DNA of 64,000 nt, taken from NCBI GenBank assembly GCA_965230915.1, contig OZ246395.1, positions 12,019-76,018 on the forward strand. The letters are read 5' to 3'. This DNA is from an uncultured Candidatus Saccharibacteria bacterium (GTDB taxonomy: Bacteria > Patescibacteriota > WWE3 > 2-01-FULL-39-13). A model generated the notes under the pieces. That model was not told the DNA's origin. It was given only the letters and a program-made list of their open reading frames with translations, and did no database searches. A program made the position numbers and the translations under genes. This document shows positions 9,927-19,464 of the stretch, piece after piece; position 1 is the first letter of the stretch, and each line of letters starts with the position of its first letter.

Positions 9927-12335
9927 ATGGGACTATTTGGAAAATCAAAACCTAAAGAAGATACTTCAGAAACACTATCTCCAATGACTACAGTGAACAC
10001 TGGAGGGGCATCATCCGAAAGTTCTGTCTCAGCTTTTAGCGGAGTTTCAGAGCCTAAAACAAAATCTGTAAGAGCAGCAAAACCACAAAAACAAAAAGAT
10101 GAAACACCTGAACAAAAATTAGCACGAGGAATTCCATCGGTTCGAGATGTTATTGCTCCAAGTGCAATCGAAGTCGACTATAACTTTTTAAAAGTCGGAG
10201 ACAAATACTTTAGAACACTTTTTATTTCTGGATATCCACGTTTTGTCGGAGCAAACTGGCTTGAACCGATTATTAACTTTGACCACACTTTAACAATTTC
10301 GATGTTTTATTATCCGATAAACGCACGAAACGTTTTGGATGACTTGCGCCGAAAAATTGCAGAAATGGAAGCAACCATTAATATCGCACGTGAAAAAGGT
10401 AAAGTTATCGATCCCGGAGTTCAAGCGGCTTTAGAAGATGCAAAATCTTTACAGGAACAATTGGTAAAAGGTATTGAAAGATTTTTCCATTTTTCTTTTT
10501 ATGTAACTGTTTCGGCAAACACATTGGACGAATTAAATAACATTACATATCAAGTTGAATCTACTTTAGGATCTCTTTCTTTGATTTCGAAAAAAGCTAC
10601 ATTAGAAATGGAAGCCGCATTCCAGACAACAGTTCCTGTTTGTTTAGATAAATTAAAAATTATTCGTAACATGGACACCACTTCTGTTGCGACGACTTTT
10701 CCGTTTACTTCAAGCGAACTTACTTCAAACGAAGGTATTTTATATGGAGTTAACAAACACAACGGTTCATTAATTATTTTTGACCGTTTCTCTTTAGAAA
10801 ATGCGAACTCAGTAATCTTTGCAAAATCTGGTGCTGGTAAATCTTATTTGGTGAAACTCGAAGCTTTACGTTCACTTTTATTTGGAGTTGACCTGATCGT
10901 TATTGACCCCGAAACTGAATATCGAAAACTTTCTGACGCAGTTGGAGGAGAATACATCGACTTTAGTATTAACAGCTCTGCAAAAATTAATCCGTTTGAT
11001 TTGCCTGTTGTTCCTGAAGTTGAAGACCAACTTAGCATGAAGATATTAAGTTTGCACGCTTTATTCAGAATCATGTTGGGAGAACTATCAAGTTCAGAAT
11101 CGGCAGTTTTAGACCGCGCCTTAATCGACACTTACAGACTAAAAGGAATCACTCAAGACCCTAATACACAGCAAGATCGTGAACCTCCATTAATGGAAGA
11201 CCTGTATAAAGTTTTACTTGCGATGGACGAACCCGAGTCAAAATCTCTTGCCGAAAGAATGGAACGTTACATTAAAGGTTCGTTAGCAGGAGTTTTCGAC
11301 CAACGTTCAAATGTTTCTTTAGAAAATTCTTTTACAGTATTTTCTATTAGAAACTTACAAGATGTTTTGCGTCCAATCGCAATGTTCATGATTTTGGACT
11401 TTATTTGGACAAAAGTTAAACACGATTTAAAGAAACGTATATTGCTGTTAGACGAGGCTTGGACTTTGATGCAATATCCAGATTCAGCTGCATTCGTTTA
11501 TTCATTAGCAAAACGTGCAAGAAAATATTACTTGGGACTTACAACAATTACACAAGACGTTAACGACTTCTTAAATACAGATTATGGAAAAGCGGTTGTG
11601 ACCAACTCGTCTATACAAATTCTGTTAAAGCAGCACCCTGCAGCAATCGACAAAATTTCTGAAATTTTCTATTTGTCTCAAGGAGAAAGAAACTTTTTAT
11701 TGGCCGCCGGAATTGGAGAAGGATTATTCTTCGCCGGAACAAATCACGTTGCAATGCAAGTTAAAGCGTCACCACTTGAGCACCAACTGGTTACAACTAA
11801 TCCGAAAGAAGTTAAAGCTGAGCAAGACGAACAAAAGCAAAATAATGCGCCAGTTACACCGAGTATTCCACAAAGAAACGAGCAAGATTTTGAAAGATTA
11901 AAACAGAGATTCGAAACGGTGGATATTAATCAACCAAGAACACAACCTGCACCACAAGGTATGCCTCAGGCACAACCAATACAGCAACCTGGACAAACAC
12001 AAACGCAACAAATGCCAAATCCTTACCAGCAAACAAATCAGGGATATACACAAGCTCCGCAAGTTCAGATGCCGCAAACTAATGCACCTGCGCCAAGTGC
12101 GCCGCAACAAGGTGGACAAATGCCAAACCCATTTGAAAGACAATCTTTTAATGGATATCAAATGCCTGCGAATAATAATACGAACGGGGCACAACAAAAT
12201 AATTGGGCTCCGCAAAATCAACAGCAGCCAAATGCACAGCCACAAAACGGACAACCTAGCCAATCACCTAATCAGGGAACTATTCCGATTAATATGAATG
12301 GTGCTACTCCAACTCCGACTCCGCCTGGGTTTTAA
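9927..12335 (+). CDS. type IV secretion ATPase VirB4/TrsE/PrgJ family, with a long Q/P/N-rich C-terminal tail
   Basis: Walker A AKSGAGKS, Walker B ILLLDEAW, VirB4 N-domain motif (DYNFLKVGDKYFRTLFISGYPRFV); the C-terminal 190 aa are low-complexity (QQPGQTQTQQMPNPYQQTNQGY...). Confidence 0.85.
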   Translation: MGLFGKSKPKEDTSETLSPMTTVNTGGASSESSVSAFSGVSEPKTKSVRAAKPQKQKDETPEQKLARGIPSVRDVIAPSAIEVDYNFLKVGDKYFRTLFISGYPRFVGANWLEPIINFDHTLTISMFYYPINARNVLDDLRRKIAEMEATINIAREKGKVIDPGVQAALEDAKSLQEQLVKGIERFFHFSFYVTVSANTLDELNNITYQVESTLGSLSLISKKATLEMEAAFQTTVPVCLDKLKIIRNMDTTSVATTFPFTSSELTSNEGILYGVNKHNGSLIIFDRFSLENANSVIFAKSGAGKSYLVKLEALRSLLFGVDLIVIDPETEYRKLSDAVGGEYIDFSINSSAKINPFDLPVVPEVEDQLSMKILSLHALFRIMLGELSSSESAVLDRALIDTYRLKGITQDPNTQQDREPPLMEDLYKVLLAMDEPESKSLAERMERYIKGSLAGVFDQRSNVSLENSFTVFSIRNLQDVLRPIAMFMILDFIWTKVKHDLKKRILLLDEAWTLMQYPDSAAFVYSLAKRARKYYLGLTTITQDVNDFLNTDYGKAVVTNSSIQILLKQHPAAIDKISEIFYLSQGERNFLLAAGIGEGLFFAGTNHVAMQVKASPLEHQLVTTNPKEVKAEQDEQKQNNAPVTPSIPQRNEQDFERLKQRFETVDINQPRTQPAPQGMPQAQPIQQPGQTQTQQMPNPYQQTNQGYTQAPQVQMPQTNAPAPSAPQQGGQMPNPFERQSFNGYQMPANNNTNGAQQNNWAPQNQQQPNAQPQNGQPSQSPNQGTIPINMNGATPTPTPPGF

Positions 12336-12510
12336 GAATGAATAAATACGTAAAGATAGGATTAGAAATAGTATTAAACTCGACCTATTAGTGTTATTTT
12401 CTTGACTTCAAATAAAAAATGGAAGCTTTCCTATAAGTTTTTGGCTTACGATGAAAGCTTCCGACACCGATTCAGTAGACCGACTCAAATACGAAGGTGC
12501 AGATAGAGAA

Positions 12511-12849
12511 TTATCGTATCCGAAAAATTCTTACCAAAACAACGGTAGTTACAGGCGTCAATAAATTCCCTATTACTACAAATGGCAATACTAGTACGAA
12601 TAGAACTAACAAAATCCCGCCCGCTTGCCATATCGCGCTAAAGATCGAAAATCCCATGACCAAAACGATCCCAACAATCATGCCGATTCCAACTTGCCAT
12701 CCCGGAACCTGCTCAGGCTGAGGAGCTTCGACTACTGTCACTGGGCTTGGGATTCTGGTTCCCTTAGGCTTGATAAATTGCTTAAGGATCCAATTCAAAA
12801 GATATACTCCAAGAACAAATAACAGCAAGTATGTCCAGATTGCATCCAT
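12511..12849 (-). CDS. small membrane protein, hypothetical
   Basis: 3 hydrophobic helices. Confidence 0.35.
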   Translation of the reverse strand: MDAIWTYLLLFVLGVYLLNWILKQFIKPKGTRIPSPVTVVEAPQPEQVPGWQVGIGMIVGIVLVMGFSIFSAIWQAGGILLVLFVLVLPFVVIGNLLTPVTTVVLVRIFRIR

Positions 12850-12936
12850 AGTAAACCTCTTTCTTGCACGGTGCTATTAAACGCGACGTTTAAAATTGGA
12901 AGAATTATATGTGGGACTGATACAAATAGCAACTAT

Positions 12937-14046
12937 TTACCAGTTAGCTTTCATGGGCATGGCGAGAAAAAAGTAATTGTCTTGGTCTTTAATATTAAAC
13001 AAACCAGGCTTAAGAGGATCAGAAGCCTTAAAAATAATTTCGGCTTCATCGATATTACTTAAAAAGTCTAATAAATATTTTGCGTTAAAAGTTATTTCGA
13101 TATTGTCACCATCTAGCTCACCGTTAATTTTGCTTTGGTTGCTTCCGGTTTCTGACGGTTGAGATTTTGCCTCAATTACATCTTCATTTGCAGAAATTTT
13201 TACGCTGTTTCCGATGTCTCGTGAAAAAATGCTGGCTAACTTTATTGCATTCAAAAGTTCTGTTTTTGAAACGTGAATTTCCGATGTAAATTCTTTTGGC
13301 AAAACTGCTTCGTAATCAGGATATTGTCCTTCGATCATCCTAAGTTGAGCTTCTGAATCTTCTGCGCGAACAACGACTGCATTTTTATCTGTGTTAATTA
13401 TTATTTCTAAACTTTCAGATTTTGGTGCAAAACTTTTTACAATATCGGTAAATGCTTTTGCAGGAATAACACATCGAACTTCGCTAGAAACTTCAGATTC
13501 TAATGCTAATTTATATTCGGCCATTCGATATCCGTCGGTACACGCAATGACTAAAGTCTTGCCTTCTGCTTTTAGAAATACTCCAGTTAAAACAGGTCGT
13601 GATTCATCTGCAGCAGATGCAAATTGAACTTGTGAAATTGCCTTAACAAGTTCTGAAGATTTAATAATTAATTTATCTCCATCTTCTGGTAATTCTAAAT
13701 TTGGAAATTCACTTGCAGGAATTGTTGTTAAATTTGCTTTTGCTTTATCAGTTGTAACTCTTAAGTTTGATCCGTCTAAAGTTAATTCAATTTTCTCATC
13801 GCTTAATTGATTAACAAAATCAATTAATATTTTTGCTGGAACAGTTATTTCGCCAGGCTGATCTACTTTTGCACCAACCCATGATGAAATTGTAATTTGT
13901 AAATCTGATGAAGTAATTTTTACACGACCTTTGTCGGTACGAATTAATAAGTTTGATAAAACGGGAAGTGGACTTCGATTATTTACCGCACGACTAACGA
14001 GTGCCAAACCTTTCTGAAAATTTTCTTGTAATACAGTGAATTGCAT
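12937..14046 (-). CDS. dnaN: DNA polymerase III beta sliding clamp
   Basis: MQFTVLQENFQKGLALVSRAV..PVLSNLLI; 369 aa with three-domain clamp organisation. Confidence 0.9.
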   Translation of the reverse strand: MQFTVLQENFQKGLALVSRAVNNRSPLPVLSNLLIRTDKGRVKITSSDLQITISSWVGAKVDQPGEITVPAKILIDFVNQLSDEKIELTLDGSNLRVTTDKAKANLTTIPASEFPNLELPEDGDKLIIKSSELVKAISQVQFASAADESRPVLTGVFLKAEGKTLVIACTDGYRMAEYKLALESEVSSEVRCVIPAKAFTDIVKSFAPKSESLEIIINTDKNAVVVRAEDSEAQLRMIEGQYPDYEAVLPKEFTSEIHVSKTELLNAIKLASIFSRDIGNSVKISANEDVIEAKSQPSETGSNQSKINGELDGDNIEITFNAKYLLDFLSNIDEAEIIFKASDPLKPGLFNIKDQDNYFFLAMPMKANW

Positions 14047-14096
14047 ATTCTGTTAACTATTTGTAACAGAAAGAGTAGTAAAACGGCAAGCGGGAA

Positions 14097-14582
14097 TTAT
14101 TCGGAAATTTCTTGGTTATCAGGAATAATGATGACTCTACGGTTGTATCCTTCGCCTTCTGATGAAGATGTAACTCCTTCGAGTTCTCCAACTTTATCAT
14201 GGACAATTTTTCTTTCGTAAGAATTCATTGGATACAATGCAACTGATTTCATTAATGATTTTGCTTTTTCAGCAGCATTTTCTGCAAGTTCTGTTAATTT
14301 TCTTTCGCGTTCTAATCTGTAACCAGAAACATCAACTAAAACTCCAACACCTTCTCCGACTTCTTTAAAGAGCATTACATTTAATAGGTGCTGTAACGCA
14401 TTTAAAGTCTCTCCATGGTATCCAATTATTAAATTTGTATCTTGAGTATCTATCTCAACATAAAATCGTTCATTAGTTGTATTTCTTTCTTGTGGAAATT
14501 TAATTTCAGCTTGAACTTCTAATTGAGCGAAAATAGTTTCTAATGTTTCTTTAATTTTTTGTTCAATTTGATTTCTGTCCAT
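14097..14582 (-). CDS. khpB: RNA-binding protein Jag/KhpB (KH plus R3H domains)
   Basis: Conserved position downstream of yidC; the C-terminal R3H-like ...GEGYNRRVIIIPD. Confidence 0.78.
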   Translation of the reverse strand: MDRNQIEQKIKETLETIFAQLEVQAEIKFPQERNTTNERFYVEIDTQDTNLIIGYHGETLNALQHLLNVMLFKEVGEGVGVLVDVSGYRLERERKLTELAENAAEKAKSLMKSVALYPMNSYERKIVHDKVGELEGVTSSSEGEGYNRRVIIIPDNQEISE

Positions 14583-15351
14583 TTGTTAATTCCTTACTAG
14601 CTTTTGGGCGGGATAGATAAGCATACTGTCCAACAGCTATTATGGTCGAAATAAACCAATAAAGCGGAAGACCGGCCGGCAAATTAAATCCAAATACGAC
14701 TGTCATAATTGGCAGCATATAGGTCATTTGCTCCTGCATATTATACATAACATCATCAGACTTGTCAGGTGTATTCTCCGCTATTTTCTCCATTTTCTTA
14801 GTACTTTGCATTGTATATTTGGACATAAAAAATTGAGCAATACCAGCTAATACAGGTAAAACAAACCATGGGTCCGGTTTTGCTAAGTCCCAAAGTAAGA
14901 ATTTAGTATGTAATTGAGCTCCATCTGCAAACTTTAAAAAGTCGAGTGGATACAATAAATGGTTAATATCAGAGATCATTACCCCGCTTCCTTGCAAGAC
15001 ATTCGTGAAGACTCTATATAAAGCAATAACAATAATAATTTGGATAATCTGAGGTAAGCAACCAGCAGCCGGATTAATTCCATGTTCTTTAAATAGCTCC
15101 ATCTGCTTTTGGGCAAATTCTTCACGCTTTGGATATCTCTTTTTTAATTCGTCTATTTGTGGCTGAAGCTCTTTCTGTTTCTTAGACATCTCGAGCATCG
15201 GCTTAGAAAGCGGGTAAGTGACGACTTTAATAAGTACGGTAAGCGCAATAATGGCCAAACCTAGGTTTTCCCACATAAAGTGGTACAAAATTATGAGCCC
15301 ATTTAAAATTGGGATATAAAACAGGGTATTCCAGATATCAGTTAAAAACAT
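14563..15351 (-). CDS. yidC: membrane protein insertase YidC (short form)
   Basis: Polytopic, conserved YidC/Oxa1 core motifs, in the rnpA-yidD-yidC-jag context. Confidence 0.88.
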   Translation of the reverse strand: MFLTDIWNTLFYIPILNGLIILYHFMWENLGLAIIALTVLIKVVTYPLSKPMLEMSKKQKELQPQIDELKKRYPKREEFAQKQMELFKEHGINPAAGCLPQIIQIIIVIALYRVFTNVLQGSGVMISDINHLLYPLDFLKFADGAQLHTKFLLWDLAKPDPWFVLPVLAGIAQFFMSKYTMQSTKKMEKIAENTPDKSDDVMYNMQEQMTYMLPIMTVVFGFNLPAGLPLYWFISTIIAVGQYAYLSRPKASKELTNGQKSN

Positions 15352-15353
15352 GC

Positions 15354-15608
15354 TTAGGTAACGGGATCATATCCGCCTTTTGTAAAAGGGTTACATCGAA
15401 GTATTCTCCAAAGACCTAAAAATCCGCCTTTAAAAATGCCGTATTTATCGATGGCCTGGTATGTATATTCTGAACAATAAGGTTCAAAACGACAGACACG
15501 AACGCCCAAATGGCTAAAGGTGTGACTTTGGTCTAGAGAAATCCACTTTTGATAAAAACGAATTGATCTCAGAATTAATTTCTTCAACACTGACGACGAT
15601 TTTACCAT
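15354..15608 (-). CDS. yidD: membrane protein insertion efficiency factor YidD
   Basis: RFYQKWIS...C.FEPYCSEY signature. Confidence 0.85.
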   Translation of the reverse strand: MVKSSSVLKKLILRSIRFYQKWISLDQSHTFSHLGVRVCRFEPYCSEYTYQAIDKYGIFKGGFLGLWRILRCNPFTKGGYDPVT

Positions 15609-15888
15609 TTTTGTCGAAAAATGTTTTTTTAGGGATAAAAATGAAACTGTATCTTTCCGGGAATTTCTCTAAATTGCCTTTTACTGATCTTGAAATTATT
15701 CGGCGAATTTTATTCTGCTCGACTGCCTTTTTAGTAAGACGATTTGAAGTAATAACAGCAAATTGAGGCGCCACCGCCCTATCTTCTCTATACTTAACTA
15801 TTAAATGGGGAGAGACAAACTCGGTTAAAGACTTTAAAACTCGGGTGAAATTATATCTGGTTTTGAGGCTGAATTTTCGGCTATACAC
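15514..15888 (-). CDS. rnpA: RNase P protein component
   Basis: Basic protein with RLTKK..F..V.R motif; overlaps yidD by about 95 nt in another frame. Confidence 0.78.
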   Translation of the reverse strand: MYSRKFSLKTRYNFTRVLKSLTEFVSPHLIVKYREDRAVAPQFAVITSNRLTKKAVEQNKIRRIISRSVKGNLEKFPERYSFIFIPKKTFFDKNGKIVVSVEEINSEINSFLSKVDFSRPKSHL

Positions 15889-15911
15889 AGCTAAATTCTA
15901 CAATAAAACGC

Positions 15912-16070
15912 TTATTTAGATACGCGTCCTCTATTAATAGCGAGTCTTACACGGCCTTTAAGTCTGCGTCTTTTAAGGACATTTCTGCCTGCTTTAGTTC
16001 GCATTCTTTTTAAGAATCCATGTTTTCTGTTTCCTTTCTTTACTTTTGGTTGCCAGGTTCTTTTCGGCAT
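15912..16070 (-). CDS. rpmH: 50S ribosomal protein L34
   Basis: [40 protein letters not shown]; the track ORF (to 16205) is a 5' extension, and the internal ATG at 16068-16070 gives the canonical length. Confidence 0.85.
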   Translation of the reverse strand: MPKRTWQPKVKKGNRKHGFLKRMRTKAGRNVLKRRRLKGRVRLAINRGRVSK

Positions 16071-16127
16071 AGCAAGGCAAATTGTAACATAAGAGGGCAA
16101 TCCACACCATATATTAAGAGCCTGGAT

Positions 16128-16158
16128 TTGTGGATAATTTCGGGTTGACTGTGGATAA
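16128..16158. promoter_or_regulatory. two perfect DnaA boxes (TTATCCACA, reverse orientation) at the dnaA 5' end
   Basis: tgtggataa at 16128-16136 and 16150-16158; they lie upstream of the preferred dnaA ATG at 16181. Confidence 0.55.
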
Positions 16159-16180
16159 ACCTCCTTATACACTGCCAGAT

Positions 16181-17578
16181 ATGGATCAGCTGAAACTAGA
16201 TACAATTTGGAAATCTATAAAAGGAGAATTAGAAGTAGTATCTAATCCTGTTCATTTTAAGGCGAATATCCCCGGTACATATATCAGCAAAATCGACGAA
16301 GAAAATAAAATTATTGAAATTTCAGCTCCCAGCGAATATAAAAAAAACTTTATAGAAGACCGCTTTTACGGCTACTTAAAAGAAATTATTGAAAAAGATC
16401 TAGGCCGAGGATACCGACTAATGTTTACGGTTACCAAGGTTGAAAAAAATGAAACTCCACAAGATCTTGGGCCACTTTTTGACCAAGAGGAAGAGACCAA
16501 AACAGATGAGGCAGATTTTAATAAAAGACTGACAGATGCAGGACTTAGTAATAGATATACAATTGGCCGCTTTATAGTAGGATCGCACAACAAACTTGCC
16601 TATGCAGTATCTACAGCAATAATCGATAATCCAGGCAGAGTTTATAACCCATTCTTTTTATATTCTGGAGTAGGTTTAGGAAAAACCCACTTGGTTCAAG
16701 CCATTGGCTACGAAATTTTACGAAAGCATCCGGACAAAGTCGTCGTTTATAAAACCGGTGAACAATTTTTAAATGAAGTAGTTGAAGCCGTTAGGCGAGG
16801 AGGCGCAGCCAACCAAGATTTTAAGAGAAATGACCTAAAGAAGAAATATCGAAATGCAGATGTCCTCATAATCGACGATATACATGCTATCGCTGGAAAA
16901 ACTTCCACTCAGGAAGAATTTTTTAATACATTTAATACTTTGTACATGGCACAAAAGCAAATTATTTTGACTAGTGACCGAGCTCCACATGAAATAAAAA
17001 CTTTAGAGGAACGATTATCTTCAAGATTTGCCAGCGGAATTATTGCAGATATTCAAAAGCCCGATTTTGAAACAAGAGCAGCAATTTTGAAAGAAAAAAA
17101 TGAGGAACTGAATTTACAGGCTCCAGATCACGTTATCGATTATGTTGCAAATTCCGTAACGACAAGTATTCGGGAACTAGAATCGGCTTTATTACAAACG
17201 GTCACTCACGCCAGAACATTCGGACAAGACCTAACAAAAGAAACTACCACTAATATAATGAACGATATTAATCGGGAAAAACAAAGGCGGGTTACTCCGA
17301 ATACAATAATTAGGGAAACCAGTAAATATTATGGCATTACGGTTAAAGATATTAAAGGTCAGCGCCGGTTAAAAAATCTAGTAATGCCAAGACAGGTTTG
17401 CATGTATCTTCTTCGTGATATGGGAGGTTTAGGGTTCCAATCTATTGGCGAACTTTTAGGTAATCGAGATCACTCAACGGTTGTACATGGAGTTAATAAA
17501 ACTTCTGAATTAATAAAAGAGCCTACCTTTAGTAAAGAGATTGAACAAATTAAAACTAATATATTAGTTGATGCTTAA
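16181..17578 (+). CDS. dnaA: chromosomal replication initiator DnaA
   Basis: AAA+ Walker [10 protein letters not shown], a box VII region, and a C-terminal HTH (domain IV); the track start GTG at 16130 would put the DnaA boxes inside the ORF, so the ATG at 16181 ([12 protein letters not shown]...) is more typical. Confidence 0.93.
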   Translation: MDQLKLDTIWKSIKGELEVVSNPVHFKANIPGTYISKIDEENKIIEISAPSEYKKNFIEDRFYGYLKEIIEKDLGRGYRLMFTVTKVEKNETPQDLGPLFDQEEETKTDEADFNKRLTDAGLSNRYTIGRFIVGSHNKLAYAVSTAIIDNPGRVYNPFFLYSGVGLGKTHLVQAIGYEILRKHPDKVVVYKTGEQFLNEVVEAVRRGGAANQDFKRNDLKKKYRNADVLIIDDIHAIAGKTSTQEEFFNTFNTLYMAQKQIILTSDRAPHEIKTLEERLSSRFASGIIADIQKPDFETRAAILKEKNEELNLQAPDHVIDYVANSVTTSIRELESALLQTVTHARTFGQDLTKETTTNIMNDINREKQRRVTPNTIIRETSKYYGITVKDIKGQRRLKNLVMPRQVCMYLLRDMGGLGFQSIGELLGNRDHSTVVHGVNKTSELIKEPTFSKEIEQIKTNILVDA

Positions 17579-18035
17579 TTATAAAAACAAATCTCTTTTT
17601 AAAAACTTCCTTTGTTTTTATGAACTAAATATTTCTATCCACAAGTTATTCTTTTTGTATTTTTAGATACTTAAATAAATATATATAAAGAGAAGCAGTT
17701 ATAGTAGGGACTGTGGATATGGGGATAAAGTCAGATTTTATTAATATAACTGTAAAAATCTGCAAAAAGTTTGTTTATAACTTTTTAATTAGCCATTTAT
17801 CAGCTTTTTAATTAGCTGTCATAAAATTTTCATTAATATTTCATAACTTTCATTTGTTGATCAATTTTCTAAATTCGGGTTTAGTTCTGTTGGCTAAATC
17901 GCCACTTATCAACATGCAATATAGTAAATTACTAAGTTCTCCACATATAATAGCTATAGGGTTGTTGTAAAAATAAGGCCGTGAAATAGGTTTATTTTTA
18001 GGGGTATTTAATAGAAAGTGGTAAAATTTTAGGTA
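17579..18035. other. candidate oriC: 457-bp AT-rich non-coding region downstream of dnaA with several DnaA-box-like 9-mers
   Basis: CTATCCACA (17635-17643), tgtggatat (17712-17720, reverse), TTATCAACA (17906-17914), ggggataaa (reverse TTATCCCCA); AT-rich tracts that could serve as a DNA-unwinding element. Confidence 0.45.
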
Positions 18036-19352
18036 ATGTTAAAAGCAAGAACACTGCCCATCGTCTTAATATTTTCTTTAATCTTTACCCTTGTAATTAT
18101 CTTTGCTTTTACGACTATTCCTTTTTTAAAGAATTTATTGCCATTTAAAACACCAGATGTAAGTGTTCCTTCTTCAGCTCAAAATGTTTCGATAGAGTAT
18201 TGGGGCATGTTTGAATCACCAGATGCGATGAATACTTTGATTGCTAAATATAATGAGACTCACCCAGGAGTAAAAATCACTTATGTTGACCGTAACTTTG
18301 ACGGGGATATGGCAAGATATAAAAGTACTTTATTAACTAGATTAAAAGCCGGAAATGGTCCACAGATCTTTAGAGCTCATTCAACTTGGATGCCTGAATA
18401 TATAAATGAGGTCAGTTTAAATAACCAAAGTGTTAAGTTAGAAGAATTCAGACAGAGATTTTATCCCGTTGCCGAAACACAATGCGTTTTGACTGATGGA
18501 AGAGTCATTTGTATTCCGCTTATGTATGATGGCTTAGCGCTCTTGTATAACAAGGAAATGTTTTCGGCTTTAGGTATCGGTGAGCCAGATACATGGGATG
18601 AAGTTCGGGAAGCGGCCCTTAAATTAACCCAGCGTGGAGCCAATGACACCATTAATGTTTCAGGAGTTACACTTGGGACTTCAAATAATGTCTCATATGC
18701 GAGTGATATTTTAGGTTTAATGTTCTTACAAAGCGGAGTTGCTATACCAGAGGGAATTGATACTGATCGCGCAAAAGAAGCTTTAACTTTTTATACAAGT
18801 TTTGCTAGAGAACATAGAGTTTGGAGTGTTAACTTTTCTGATTCTTTAAATGTATTTGCAAGCGGCCAGGCGGCAATGACATTTGGAACAACCCAGGACA
18901 TAATTAGAGTTCTTGAATTGAATCCCACTATGCAACTTGGAGTTTTGGCTGTTCCACAATTACCTGATATTTCTGGTGGAACAACCTCTGATACATGGGC
19001 ATCATTTTGGGTAGAGTCAGTTTCTGCCGACGCTTCAAAAGAAGAGCAAAAAGCAGCTTGGGATTTCCTAGAATGGATGAGCCAGCCAGACCAGCAAAAA
19101 ATGCTTTATACGGAAACTTCAAAGTACAAGAAATTTGGTTTTGTTCCGGGAAACCGTGAAGCCCAAAATGTAGTCGCAGATAATCCTTATTTGGTGAATA
19201 TGGCCAAACAAGCCGTGTATTCGAGGACATCTATTATTAGCGATAAAGTTGGAAATGATAACTATTCTAAGATATTTAAGGATATGATTACTGATGAAGA
19301 TCTCGAAGAAGCAAAAGCCTCGTATTTAAAATTGACCGGGTCTGGTCAATAA
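18036..19352 (+). CDS. ABC transporter extracellular solute-binding protein (family 1, sugar-type), orphan
   Basis: N-terminal anchor then an SBP_bac_1-like region (KITYVD.....TRL.AGNGPQIF.AHSTWMPEY); no permease or ATPase adjacent. Confidence 0.7.
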   Translation: MLKARTLPIVLIFSLIFTLVIIFAFTTIPFLKNLLPFKTPDVSVPSSAQNVSIEYWGMFESPDAMNTLIAKYNETHPGVKITYVDRNFDGDMARYKSTLLTRLKAGNGPQIFRAHSTWMPEYINEVSLNNQSVKLEEFRQRFYPVAETQCVLTDGRVICIPLMYDGLALLYNKEMFSALGIGEPDTWDEVREAALKLTQRGANDTINVSGVTLGTSNNVSYASDILGLMFLQSGVAIPEGIDTDRAKEALTFYTSFAREHRVWSVNFSDSLNVFASGQAAMTFGTTQDIIRVLELNPTMQLGVLAVPQLPDISGGTTSDTWASFWVESVSADASKEEQKAAWDFLEWMSQPDQQKMLYTETSKYKKFGFVPGNREAQNVVADNPYLVNMAKQAVYSRTSIISDKVGNDNYSKIFKDMITDEDLEEAKASYLKLTGSGQ

Positions 19353-19464
19353 TCCCGCAAAATAGCCTCTTAATTAATGTATAATTTGAGCATATTTAAT
19401 AATGTGTGGAAATTATTAGCGAAGAAGTCTCGCCTAATTATTAATAGCCAGTCTGCCCTACTTT

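Noticed and set aside
16071-16205. 5' extension of rpmH (track ORF 15912..16205)
   Set aside because: L34 is about 45-50 aa universally; the internal ATG at 16070 gives the canonical MPKRTWQP start, and the extension runs into the dnaA promoter and DnaA boxes
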